Shown one piece after another: positions 43,829-53,522 of a stretch of DNA of 64,000 bases. The DNA is from an uncultured Planctomycetota bacterium. Its GTDB lineage: Bacteria > Planctomycetota > Planctomycetia > Gemmatales > Gemmataceae. A program made the translations under genes and the position numbers. Below the pieces are notes generated by a model. That model worked only from the letters and a program-made list of their open reading frames with translations, did not search any database and had not been told where the DNA came from. How positions within the stretch are numbered: the stretch's first letter is position 1; every line of letters starts with the position of its first letter. The stretch is taken from positions 288,001 to 352,000 of the forward strand of contig CAWKHF010000007.1 of NCBI GenBank assembly GCA_963849325.1. The letters run 5' to 3'.

Positions 43829-44006
43829 GTTGTTACGCCGGTGGACGATTGAGGTTCGCACGTTTCGAGAATGGGATGCATCTGCCATGACCTCTCTGCT
43901 ACACTGGAGGCAGGAATAACCGTCGAAGCGGTTTCCGACCACGAACCCGTCGCTCGCACTCCGGGCTTGTGGGGAAACGGTCTCTCGCGATCTTGGATCA
44001 GCACCC

Positions 44007-45487
44007 ATGCCAGCGATCTTCCCCTGTCCGAACCCGGCCTGTACCTATGCTTTCTCGCCCGAAGCGGTCAAGGGGGCGTCGAGCCTGCGCTGTCCGCGCT
44101 GCGGGACGGTGTTTCAGTTTGGGGCAAGTCCCTCCGCTCCTCCGCGAGCCGGCGGAACGATGAAGGCTCCGGCCGTGCCGAAGCCCGCCGTTCCCCCACC
44201 CGTCGCGCCTCCTCGGCCGGTCGCAGCCGCGCCGGTCGCTCCGCCGACAGCCCCGGCCGCTGTGCCCCTCGCCGTGCCCATCGCGTCCGAGCCGTCGAAT
44301 GCTTCCCTCAATTTCAACTCGATGCCCGACATGGTGGTGCCCCGCGTTCGCCGCGAGGCGACGAAGAAACGCAAGCGGCGGCTGGGTCCGGTCCTGGCCC
44401 TCCTCGCCGTCGTCCTCGTCGGTGTCGGCGTCGCCTGGCTGGGCTGGCGCTGGTGCGCCCACTTCAACCGCGTGGCCGGGACCGAGGAGATCCCACTCGG
44501 GCGGCCAGCCTGTTCAACTGCCGCTTCGTCCTGCCCGAGGCGCCGTGGAAACGCGACAAGGACATCGAGCTGAAATTCCACGTCAACCTCGGCCTGCGCT
44601 CCCCCGAGCGCAACAACTGCATGGGTCTGTATTTCAAGGACTACAAGACCCGTCTGCCCAGCGAGGCCGAGAAGGTGGACGAGGCGCTCGGCAAACTGCG
44701 CTCCTACTTTCAGGGTCTGGAATGGGAAGTGAAATCGAACGAGAAGGCCCAGCTCGGCGGCCGTCCCGCTTTGTTGATGGAGTTCCAGGGCGAAGACGCC
44801 GAACACATCCAGATGAACGGCGAATGCTGCATCCTGGCCTTCCGCGGCTACGCCTACTGGTTTTTCACCTGGGGGCCGCTGGGAGACCAGGAGCTGATTC
44901 GTCCCGAGTGGGACGGGTTGCGCGAGCGCTTCCGTCTGCTCGACGGCCGTAAGGGCTGGACGGAAAAACCGCCCGAGACCGAAAAAGTGCAGGGTAGCAA
45001 GGCCGCGTATCAGCTGGCCTATGTGAAGGGACTGTGGACTCGTCAGCCCGCGCCGGAAGACTATGACCCCTTGGCCGACCTCGTGCTACGCGGCGACGAA
45101 CCGGACCCCGAGCGGAAAAAACACGCCAGCAAGGCGGCCACCTTGCAAGTGCTCGTGCTGCCTCCGGCGGCCGACCTCAAAGCCGCCGCTGCGGCCGCGC
45201 GGGAGTATGTCGAAAAACGGCAGAAAGAACTCTATGCCAAGATCGACGTGCAGGTCATGAAGGACAAGAATGGTGCCCCGCTCGATCGCCCCGCCGACGT
45301 CGGCAATCAGCGCGGGCAGGTGACGAAACTGTACGTGCAGCTCGACGAGGCGGAACACTTCATGGTGCTGGCCGTCGTCAAACGTCCCGAGGGCGTGCTG
45401 GTCCTCCTGGGCGATTGCCTCTGGGACCGCCGCGATTTCTGGGACCGGGAGTTCGCACCGATCCTCAACAGCCTCAAGGCCCGCTGA
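44007..45487 (+). CDS. Zinc-ribbon, Pro-rich linker, TM, extracytoplasmic domain protein (frameshift near 44500)
   Basis: CPNPAC...CPRCG; TM LALLAVVLVGVGVAWLGW; continuation FNCRFVLPEAPW...LNSLKAR. Confidence 0.75.
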
Positions 45488-46067
45488 CACCGCCTGGAAC
45501 CGGCCGTGGCGATGTCGCGGCCGCAGGGACAGGGGGCGGTGTCGTGGGCGTTGGCCCGCCGAGCGTGGCGCCCTGCGGTGGAGGCAACGGAGTCGGCGGC
45601 GGCAGGTCCGGCGGCGGCTCGGAAGGTGGCGTCGGCGCCGGGGCGACCGGACGCGGCGCCGCCGGTACGCCGATCGACTTGCCACGTTCACGCAGACCCT
45701 CGGCGCGCTGCCGGACGTCGTCGGGCTGGACCGTCTGCAACGGCTGCATGGTGTAATGGAGGCGGCGAACGTCGCGGACCTTGAAGGGATAGATGTTCTC
45801 GGTGATGAAATCGATGCCCGGCAATTCGTACCACGGCGGCGGATACTTTTGCGGAACATCCAGCGTCTCGTAGCCCTCCCGGATCAGACGGAATTGCTGC
45901 CTGCCGTAGTAGGTGAAGTAGCCATCGACCGGCGTGGGGCCGAGGTAGTTGCCGTTGTGATAGACCAGCGCCCCGGGTGGGTTCGACTCGATGATGAAGC
46001 GACGCTCCACGCAACCGGCCGTCAGACATCCGGTCAGCAGCAGTGCCAGGCAAGCGTTTTGCTTCAT
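45474..46067 (-). CDS. PEGA-domain lipoprotein
   Basis: Lipobox LTAGC; IESNPPGALVY.NG.YLGPTPV...REGYETL; Pro-rich tail. Confidence 0.88.
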   Translation of the reverse strand: MKQNACLALLLTGCLTAGCVERRFIIESNPPGALVYHNGNYLGPTPVDGYFTYYGRQQFRLIREGYETLDVPQKYPPPWYELPGIDFITENIYPFKVRDVRRLHYTMQPLQTVQPDDVRQRAEGLRERGKSIGVPAAPRPVAPAPTPPSEPPPDLPPPTPLPPPQGATLGGPTPTTPPPVPAAATSPRPVPGGVSGP

Positions 46068-46204
46068 GGTTCTCTATCCTTGGCTCTCCGTCCCCGCGGA
46101 CGCCGGATGGCCGGTTGCTATCTTGTCAGAGAGGACTTGCCAACTCACCGGGAAAGGTGCATCCTGATACTGAGGCGGGCGTCGGCCGTCAACAGCAATC
46201 TCTC

Positions 46205-46325
46205 GAACAGGGACTAGGGAACAGGGACTAGGGACTAGGGCGCAGGGACTAGGGAATAGGGAATTCGGGAGGAGAGAAGAAGTCAGAATCTCTATTCCCT
46301 ATTCCCTAGTTCCTAATCCCTGTTC
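46205..46325. repeat. 7-nt tandem repeat (GACTAGG/GAACAGG, about 8 units) with an inverted degenerate block
   Basis: gaacagggactagggaacagggactagggactagggcgcagggactagggaatagg ... ctattccctattccctagttcctaatccctgttc. Confidence 0.9.
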
Positions 46326-46337
46326 AAGGGGGATGCG

Positions 46338-47681
46338 TTGAACCACTTCGATCAGATCGAGCATAGCTCCCTGACCGACGTGGGCGTCCGGCGCAGCCAC
46401 AACCAGGACAGCCACGCCATCCAGCTCGCCCGCGACGACGAACAATGGCGACAGCGCGGCCATCTGTTCCTGGTGGCCGACGGCATGGGGGCGCACGCCG
46501 TCGGCGAGAAGGCCAGCGAACAGGCGGCCGCCCTCATTCCTCACACCTATCAGAAGTACGTCCCGCAAGGTCCGGCGTCGGCCTTGCGCAAGGCGTTCGT
46601 CGAGGCCAACGCCAGCATCCACGCCTGCGGCCAGCAGAACCGCGAGTTCGAGGGCATGGGTACGACGACGACCGCCGTGCTCGTCCGTCCCGAGGGCGCC
46701 TGGGTCGGCCACGTCGGCGATAGCCGAGCTTACCGCATCCGCAACGGCGTCATCGAACAGCTCAGCTACGATCACAGCCTGGTCTGGGAATACGCTCGCC
46801 TCAAGCGCATCGATCCCGAGGAGGTACAGGACATCCCCAGCAACGTCATTCATCGCTGCCTGGGGCCGGAGCCGCTCGTTCAGGTGGACATCGAAGGCCC
46901 GCATCCGCTGCAAGCCGGCGACATCTTTCTGCTGTGCAGCGACGGCCTGAGCGGGCAGGTGAGCGATCCGGAGATCGGCGCCGTCGCCAGCGTGCTGCCG
47001 CCGGCCGAGGCGTGCCGCTTCCTCATCGACCTGGCCAACCTGCGCGGCGGGCCGGACAACATCACCGTCGTCATCGTCCGCGTCGGCGGCGTCTCCGCCG
47101 ACGCCAACGAGCCTCCCGCGTCGGCTGGCAGGCGGCGTCGTGCCTTCTGGCCGCGCATCCCCTGGTGGCCGGCGGCGCTGCTGGCCGGCACGCTGTTGGC
47201 GGTGGCGGCCGTCGATCTGCAAGTGCGGCAGGGGCACGCCATGGCCGCTGCCGCCTTCCTATTCGCCTTGGTGTCCATCGTCGCCGGGGTGGTCGGCCTG
47301 ATCCTGAACTACCGCCGCGAACGGCTGCGCTCGGCCACCGAGGACGAAGAGCTGCCGGCCCCGCGAATCCATCGTCGGGCGTCGTGCGCCATCGATCCGC
47401 CCCTGCTCGAACGCCTGACGCGGGCCGTGCAGGCGCTGCGGCAGCACGCCGACGAAAAACACTGGTCGCCGGACTGGAAGACCTATGAGGAGCATTCGAC
47501 GGCCGCGGATGAGCTGTTCCGTCAAAACGACCTGGCCGGCGCCTTCCGGGAATATTGTCGCGCCATGCTGCCGCTGACGCGGGCGCTGAGCAAACAGCGG
47601 AACAAGGAAGAGAGTTTTCGTCCGCTCTGGGAACGGCGTAACGGCAACTCCGCTCCAAACGCCTCCAAGCCGGAAGCGTAA
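46338..47681 (+). CDS. PP2C-family Ser/Thr phosphatase (Stp1/PrpC-like) with two TM segments
   Basis: TDVGVRRSHNQD, VADGMGAH, GMGTT, HVGDSRAY, LLCSDGL, RGGPDNITV. Confidence 0.92.
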   Translation: MNHFDQIEHSSLTDVGVRRSHNQDSHAIQLARDDEQWRQRGHLFLVADGMGAHAVGEKASEQAAALIPHTYQKYVPQGPASALRKAFVEANASIHACGQQNREFEGMGTTTTAVLVRPEGAWVGHVGDSRAYRIRNGVIEQLSYDHSLVWEYARLKRIDPEEVQDIPSNVIHRCLGPEPLVQVDIEGPHPLQAGDIFLLCSDGLSGQVSDPEIGAVASVLPPAEACRFLIDLANLRGGPDNITVVIVRVGGVSADANEPPASAGRRRRAFWPRIPWWPAALLAGTLLAVAAVDLQVRQGHAMAAAAFLFALVSIVAGVVGLILNYRRERLRSATEDEELPAPRIHRRASCAIDPPLLERLTRAVQALRQHADEKHWSPDWKTYEEHSTAADELFRQNDLAGAFREYCRAMLPLTRALSKQRNKEESFRPLWERRNGNSAPNASKPEA

Positions 47682-47690
47682 GAAGCTCTC

Positions 47691-47815
47691 ACAAAAAGAG
47701 CCTCACGCAAGGCGCAAAGAACGCAAAGGAAAAGAGCAAGGAAGACCCAAGCGACTCGCGTCTATTTTTTGTCTTTCTTTGCGTTCTTTGCGCCTTTGCG
47801 TGAGGCTCTTTTTGT
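47691..47815. repeat. Inverted repeat with periodic CGCAAAG units between convergent genes
   Basis: acaaaaagagcctcacgcaaggcgcaaagaacgcaaag versus ctttgcgttctttgcgcctttgcgtgaggctctttttgt. Confidence 0.9.
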
Positions 47816-47823
47816 TACAGGCT

Positions 47824-48468
47824 TTAGGCGGACTGAGGCACGAAGCCGCGGCTGCGCCAGAAATACCACGTCGCAATCGTGCGGTAGGGACGCCACGGTT
47901 CGGCTCGCTCCCGCAGTTCGGCCCGACTGGGCAAGGCCGGCAACTGATATGTCTCCTGCACGCCCGCACGCAGGCCGAAGTCGTCCACCGGCAGCACGTC
48001 GAGCCGGCCCAGCGCGAAGATGAGAAACATTTCCGCCGTCCAGCGGCCGATGCCGCGCACCGGCACCAGGCAAGCGATCACCTCGTCGTCGCTCATCTCG
48101 GACAGGCGCTCCAACGGCAACTCGCCGCTCCCGGCTCGGCCGGCGAGATCGAGCAGCGCCTGCGCCTTGGCCCGCGACAGGCCGGCGCCGCGCAACGCCT
48201 CCTCACCCGCCGCCCTCACCCCCGCGGGCGTCAAGCCATGCGGCTGCAACGTCGTTTCGACGCGGGCGGCGATGGCTCGCGCCGCCTTGGTCGAAATCAT
48301 CTGAGCGATGATGGCCCGCACCAGGGCGGGGAACGCCTCCGCGCCCGGCTGCAGCGTGCAGGGGCCGACCAGCTTGATGAGTTGCTTCAGGATCAGGTCG
48401 CGCCGCGAGAGATGACGCTGGGCCTTGCGAAAGACGTGCGGCGGTGAAACGCTGTCGATCGGGACCAT
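47824..48468 (-). CDS. alkA: DNA-3-methyladenine glycosylase II family (HhH-GPD)
   Basis: LVRAIIAQMISTKAA, GLSRAK, VRGIGRWTAEMFLIFALGRLDVLPVDDFG, WRPYRTIATWYFW. Confidence 0.88.
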   Translation of the reverse strand: MVPIDSVSPPHVFRKAQRHLSRRDLILKQLIKLVGPCTLQPGAEAFPALVRAIIAQMISTKAARAIAARVETTLQPHGLTPAGVRAAGEEALRGAGLSRAKAQALLDLAGRAGSGELPLERLSEMSDDEVIACLVPVRGIGRWTAEMFLIFALGRLDVLPVDDFGLRAGVQETYQLPALPSRAELRERAEPWRPYRTIATWYFWRSRGFVPQSA

Positions 48469-48621
48469 CCTGTCCTCTCCCTTCCTTTCTCGCCGCCGCG
48501 GGCATGTGATTTGCGATCCTATCCCTTGATACACGCTCTTCCGCAGTGCTCGGGGCACAGGGGGCGGGAGGGCGAATCGATCCCGAAGGGACTCGCTTCA
48601 CCTCATCCAGAGAGGAGCGTT

Positions 48622-48903
48622 ATGAAAAAGCATATCGATCTGACCGAGAAAGGGACCGGATTGATGGACCCTCAGGTAATCAATCCCGGTCCCGTTCCTC
48701 CTATCGGCGGCTCGCCTGGACAACCGACGAATCCGGGTCCGGGCGATAATCCGGGACCACACATCATGCCGCCGGTGCCCGGAACGCCACGCCCTGGCGA
48801 TCCGCCTCCGGAGCCGACGATCCCCCGACCGCCCTCACCTCCACAACCGCCGCCCACGCAGCCGCCCGCAGCGCCACCAAAACCGCCGACCATGGAAGGA
48901 TGA
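48622..48903 (+). CDS. Small proline-rich hypothetical protein
   Basis: GAGGAG RBS, ATG 48622, PG/PP-rich frame ending at an inverted repeat. Confidence 0.5.
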   Translation: MKKHIDLTEKGTGLMDPQVINPGPVPPIGGSPGQPTNPGPGDNPGPHIMPPVPGTPRPGDPPPEPTIPRPPSPPQPPPTQPPAAPPKPPTMEG

Positions 48904-48910
48904 AAACCCT

Positions 48911-49004
48911 TCACCACGGAAAACACGGAAGACACGGAAAAAAGAAAAGAAAGACCATTTGTGTCTCTTTTCTTTTTCCGTGTCTTCCGTGTTTTCCGTG
49001 GTGA
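48911..49004. repeat. Inverted repeat with 9-nt periodic CACGGAA units between convergent genes
   Basis: tcaccacggaaaacacggaagacacggaaaaa versus tttttccgtgtcttccgtgttttccgtggtga. Confidence 0.9.
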
Positions 49005-49014
49005 GGCTTCCGCG

Positions 49015-49938
49015 TCAATGGCGGACGGGTGTTACCTCGACGTTGCGATACGTCAACGCCTTCGATCCCGGTTTGCGGATGTCCCAGACCAGGCCCACGA
49101 AGCTCAGCAGGCGGATCAGGTAATAGCTGATGTCGATCTCCCACCAGAAGAAGCCCTGGTTGGCCGAACTCTGGTAGTGGTGGTGATTGTTGTGCCAGCC
49201 TTCGCCCAAGGTCAGCAGCGCCAGCACGAAGTTATTGCGGCTCTCGTCGTCGGTGGCGTAGCGACGCTTGCCGAGCAGGTGGCTCAGCGAGTTGATGGCG
49301 AAGGTGGCGTGATAAACCAGGACGGTGCTGATGACGAAGCCGCAAACCAGGGCGCTCCAACCGCCGGCCGTGCCACCCGTAGCCCAGCCGATCAGGAAGC
49401 AGGCGACGGCCAAAAGCACGCCCGGCACCCAGTGCAAGCGGTCCAGCCAGCGCAGCTCCGGATAGCGCGCCCAGTCGCGGATGACGTGCCAGGGCGTGTC
49501 CGTGTGCTCGTCGGACAGGATCCAGCCCAGGTGCGACCACCAGAAGCTGGTCACGTGCGGCGAATGCGGATCGTCCGGCGTATCGGAGAAGCGATGGTGC
49601 TGCCGGTGGTGCGACGCCCACCACAGCGGCCCCTTCTGCAAGGCGCTACAGCCGAGGCAGGCGATGAGGAACTGCATGACGCGGCTGGTCTTGTAGGAGC
49701 GGTGGGCGAAGTAGCGATGATAGCCGCCCGTGATGCCGAACATGCGCACGAAGTAGAAGACGCCGCACAGCAGCAAGGCAGTGGCATCGACGCCGGTGAA
49801 CAGGACAGCGAGGCAAGCCACGTGCAAACCGATGAACGGCAAGCACTTTAGCTCATTGGGCAGCAGGGAGGAAGATCGGGACTGTTGCTTTCGCACTAGG
49901 GCGGCTGGGCGGACGAAGGGAGAAGCGACCGTACTCAT
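49015..49938 (-). CDS. Delta-9 acyl-CoA/lipid desaturase
   Basis: His boxes GYHRYFAH, HRQHH, GEGWHNNHH; WWEIDISY. Confidence 0.93.
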   Translation of the reverse strand: MSTVASPFVRPAALVRKQQSRSSSLLPNELKCLPFIGLHVACLAVLFTGVDATALLLCGVFYFVRMFGITGGYHRYFAHRSYKTSRVMQFLIACLGCSALQKGPLWWASHHRQHHRFSDTPDDPHSPHVTSFWWSHLGWILSDEHTDTPWHVIRDWARYPELRWLDRLHWVPGVLLAVACFLIGWATGGTAGGWSALVCGFVISTVLVYHATFAINSLSHLLGKRRYATDDESRNNFVLALLTLGEGWHNNHHHYQSSANQGFFWWEIDISYYLIRLLSFVGLVWDIRKPGSKALTYRNVEVTPVRH

Positions 49939-50020
49939 GACTCGTTCCTTGATCGAAGCGAAGAAAGACCCCCGAACCCCTGGGGGCGTGCGCGATTGGC
50001 AAGAGCGGGCGGTCTCGGGA

Positions 50021-50224
50021 CTAGGGCTTGCGCGGTCCAGCCTTGGCCTTACGAATGGCACTCTGTTTGCGCAACTCCGCGCGGCGTCGCGCCTCGCAGG
50101 GCTTCTCGTAGTATTTCCGTTTTCGCAGTTCCTTCTGAATTCCGCTGCGTTCGAGCAGCTTCTTGAACCGTCGCAGAGCCAGGCCGATCGGCTCTCGTTC
50201 GTGGACGCGCATCCGTAAGGGCAT
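50021..50224 (-). CDS. rpsU: 30S ribosomal protein S21
   Basis: VHEREPIGLALRRFKK..ERSGIQKELRKRKYYEKPCEARRR. Confidence 0.92.
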   Translation of the reverse strand: MPLRMRVHEREPIGLALRRFKKLLERSGIQKELRKRKYYEKPCEARRRAELRKQSAIRKAKAGPRKP

Positions 50225-50426
50225 ACCTTCTCCTGACCAGTGTTTCTCTCGCGGGAAGCCTCTCGTCTCCACGCCGCACGCGGCGGAAACGTCCTCAACC
50301 GAAATAAGGACGACTATCCCCTATAATCTCGTTGTAGCACATTGGTCCCTGTCTGAAAAGTCCTTCTGCTCCCCGGGAGGCACGAGAACGGCTTGTGGAT
50401 ACAGCGGAGGAGGATAAAAGGGCTGT

Positions 50427-53234
50427 TTAGGGCTTGGCGGAGGTCTGGTCGATTTCCTTCCAGAACTGCGCGACCGGCTGGCCGTTGATCTGTTGGAGGT
50501 TTTTGAGAGAGCGCAGGATGGCGCGATTCTTCTCCTCCGAAACGTCACAGAAGAGATTCCGGAGCGACATCCCGCGCAGCGGCGACAGGTCGGTGACGTG
50601 GGTCCGGCGGATGGCCAGAAAGATAAGGGGCATTCCCTGAAGCGGAGAAAGCTCCACGACGCCCGTGCCCTCACAAAGCAGCCGGTTCAGGGGCATTCCG
50701 CGCAAGGGCGAAAGGTCCGTGATGCCGTTGTTGCCGCTGCAAGACAAGAGGTTTAGGCTCATGCCCTTGAGAGGCGACAGGTCCGCGATCGAGTTGTTCC
50801 CGCACTGGAGTTGTTTTAAGGGCATTCCCCGCAGCGGCGAAAGGTCGGCGACGTGCGCGAAGCTGCAATTGAGGTGGATCAGTCTCATGCCCCGCAGCGG
50901 CGACAGGTCCGCGAGGCGTCTCTTGCGAACCCCCTTCCCCCCCGGACACAGAAGGGTACGCAAACGCGGCAGGGCATGCACCGGACTGATGTCCGTGATG
51001 TGATCGCTGGAAAACTCCAGGCGGATGACGGCCCCGTCTTCCTCGGCCCAATCGACGATCTGGCCGTCGAACCCGAGGTTGCGTTTCTTCAACTCCTCGG
51101 CGACGGCCTGGACCTGCTCGGGCGGCTTGCGGGCCGCCACCGTCGTACTCCAGGCGAAGAAGTTGGCTCGCTCCGCGTCCACCTGCTTCCAGAACTCGGC
51201 CGCCGGCTGGCCATTGATCGTGGCCAGCGTCTTCAGGGAACGCAAGAGATCCGTATCGCGCCAGGGTTTGAAGTCGCACGTCAGGTTGCGGAGCGGCGCT
51301 TGGTGCAGCGGCGACAGGTCCGTGACCGGACAGCTGACGCAATTCAACTGGGTCAGCGGCATCCCCTGGAGGGGCGACAGGTCCGAGACGCCGGAGCCGT
51401 TGAGTCCGAGGATTTCCAGGCGCATGCCTTTCAAGGCCGACAGGTCCGCGACCTTCGTGGACGAAAGGCCCAACGTGGTCAGGCCCATGTCCTGGAGCGG
51501 CGACAGGTCCGCGAGAGGGCGCCGGTGCAGTACAGGGCGGTCAGGGGCATGTCCTTGAGCGGCGACAGGTCCGTAATCGGGTTCTCCCCACAAGCCAGGA
51601 TGGACAGGCGCATGCCCTTGAGCGGCGACAGGTCCGACAGCCGACCCTTGCCCGCCGCGCTGCCCCGGCAGTCGAGTTGTTTCAAGCCCGGCAGCGCACG
51701 CACCGGGCTGATGTCGGTCACGCGATCGGTCCCGAACTCCAGCCGGACGACGACACCCTTCTCGATGGTGGACTTGACGGCACCATCGAAGCCGGGGTTG
51801 CGTCGTTTGAGTCTGACGGCGACCTCCTCGACCTGCCTGTCGGCGGGGAGGTCGGCGACGTGCCGCAGCCAGTCGTCGAAGGTCTGGACGGCCGGTTGCT
51901 CCTTTCTTTCCCGTGTCAGGACCGCGGATGGCGGCTCGGTCGTGGCTGGGGTCGTCCCGCCCGAATGGAACAGGAGTAGGCCAATCAGCCCCAGGATCAC
52001 CGCGAGGCCGGCGACGACCGGCCACATCCAGCGCCGTTTCTTGGCTGCTCGCCGTTGCCCCGAGGACGAACTCGTCTCGACCGTGGCCGGCGTCGAAATA
52101 ATGGACGACCAACTCGGGGCGGTATCCTCCATCGCCCGCGCCGGCGTCGCGGCCGGCGCGAACGTCTGCGTCACCGATACGGCGGAAGCGGCCAGAGCGC
52201 TCGGATCGAGGGTCAGGGCGGCGGCCGCCTCCGCCGGCGTCTGATAGCGCTCCTCGGGACGCTTGGCCATCAGCCGCCGCGCGATGGCGGCGACCGCCGG
52301 CGGCACGTCCGGACGCAATTGCTCCAGCGGCGTCGGCTGATCGAACTGGTGCCGGAGCAGTTTCTCGGTCGAACTGCCAACGGGGAAGGGCACGCGGCCG
52401 GCGAGCAGATAATAGAGGGTACAACCCAGGCTGTACAGATCGGCCCGCGTGTCGGCGGTATGAGCGTTCCGCGCCTGCTCGGGCGCGATGTAGTCCAGCG
52501 TTCCCATGACGACGCCTTCCTGCGTCATGATGCTGGCGGCTTCGCCCGCCTCGTCGGTCTGATTCAGCCGCGCCAATCCCATGTCGAGGACTTTGATGAG
52601 GGCGTGTCCGTCGCTGGTCCGCGACAGCAGGAGATTGTGCGGCTTGACGTCGCGGTGGACCAGGCCGCGCTCGAAGGCGTGCTGAAGTCCCAGCGCCGCC
52701 TGGCGGACATAGTCGCAAGCGTCGCGCACCGTCAAGGGTCCGTGCTGCTTGACGAAGCGGGCCAGGTCAACGCCCTCGACGTACTCCATGACGAGGAAAT
52801 GCTTGCCGCCGGCCTCGTCGCAGTCGTAAGCGTGGACGACGTTGGCGTGGTTGAGCTGAGCGGCGGCGCGGACCTCGCGCTGAAAGCGACGCACGGCGTC
52901 GGGGTCGGTCAAGCGTTCCGCGCGGACGAGCTTGAGGGCGACGGTCTTGCCCAGCTTCCAGTTGCGGGCCTTGAAAACCTCGCCCATGCCGCCGGCGCCC
53001 AGCCGCTCGACCAGGACGTACGATCCCAGCAGCAACTCGTCGGCGCGTCCCAGGAAGAGCTGGTTAACTTGGTAGGGCGTCAGCCAGTTGCGGCGGATGA
53101 GTTCGGCAGCCAGGGCGGCGCGGTTCGGACGGATGGGCCGTCAGCCGGCCAGTGAGTTCGTCCAGCTGCGCCGGCTCCAGCAAGTGGCTCTGGCGGAGGA
53201 CTTCGGCGAGATCGGTGACGGAGTCCACGGGCAT
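50427..53234 (-). CDS. Membrane Ser/Thr kinase with C-terminal LRRs (frameshifts near 53110 and 51520)
   Basis: LGAGGMGEVFKA, HRDVKPHN, DMGLAR, GTLDYIAPEQ; TM WPVVAGLAVILGLIGLLLF; two blocks of V.DLSPL.GM.L..L repeats. Confidence 0.9.
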
Positions 53235-53405
53235 CACACCGTCTCGGACGACGACTGTCGAACACGGCTTGAAACTCAGGGATGATTGTAACGGGGAGAG
53301 GGAGGAGAAACCAGTGCCCAGGCCAGCGCTGTCTTTCGGAGCCGGAAGCGTGAGCGACGGATGCTCTTCGCTTATTACCCTGGCACGAAAGAAGCTCACG
53401 GGTCT

Positions 53406-53464
53406 GTGGCGGCACGTTTTCAACTTGCCGAGAAGATGCCGGCACGTTGGAAACGTGCCGCCAC
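53406..53464. repeat. REP-like hairpin
   Basis: gtggcggcacgttttcaacttgccg...cggcacgttggaaacgtgccgccac. Confidence 0.85.
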
Positions 53465-53522
53465 AACTCCGTGACCTACTTTCCGGCCGGCGTAATTCGC
53501 TTCCGGCTCTGTTCTTATCGGT

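Noticed and set aside
50427-51900. Repeated ggcgacaggtcc motifs as a DNA repeat array or DGR template/variable repeats
   Set aside because: They are the DLSPL codons of protein LRRs, and no reverse transcriptase is present.
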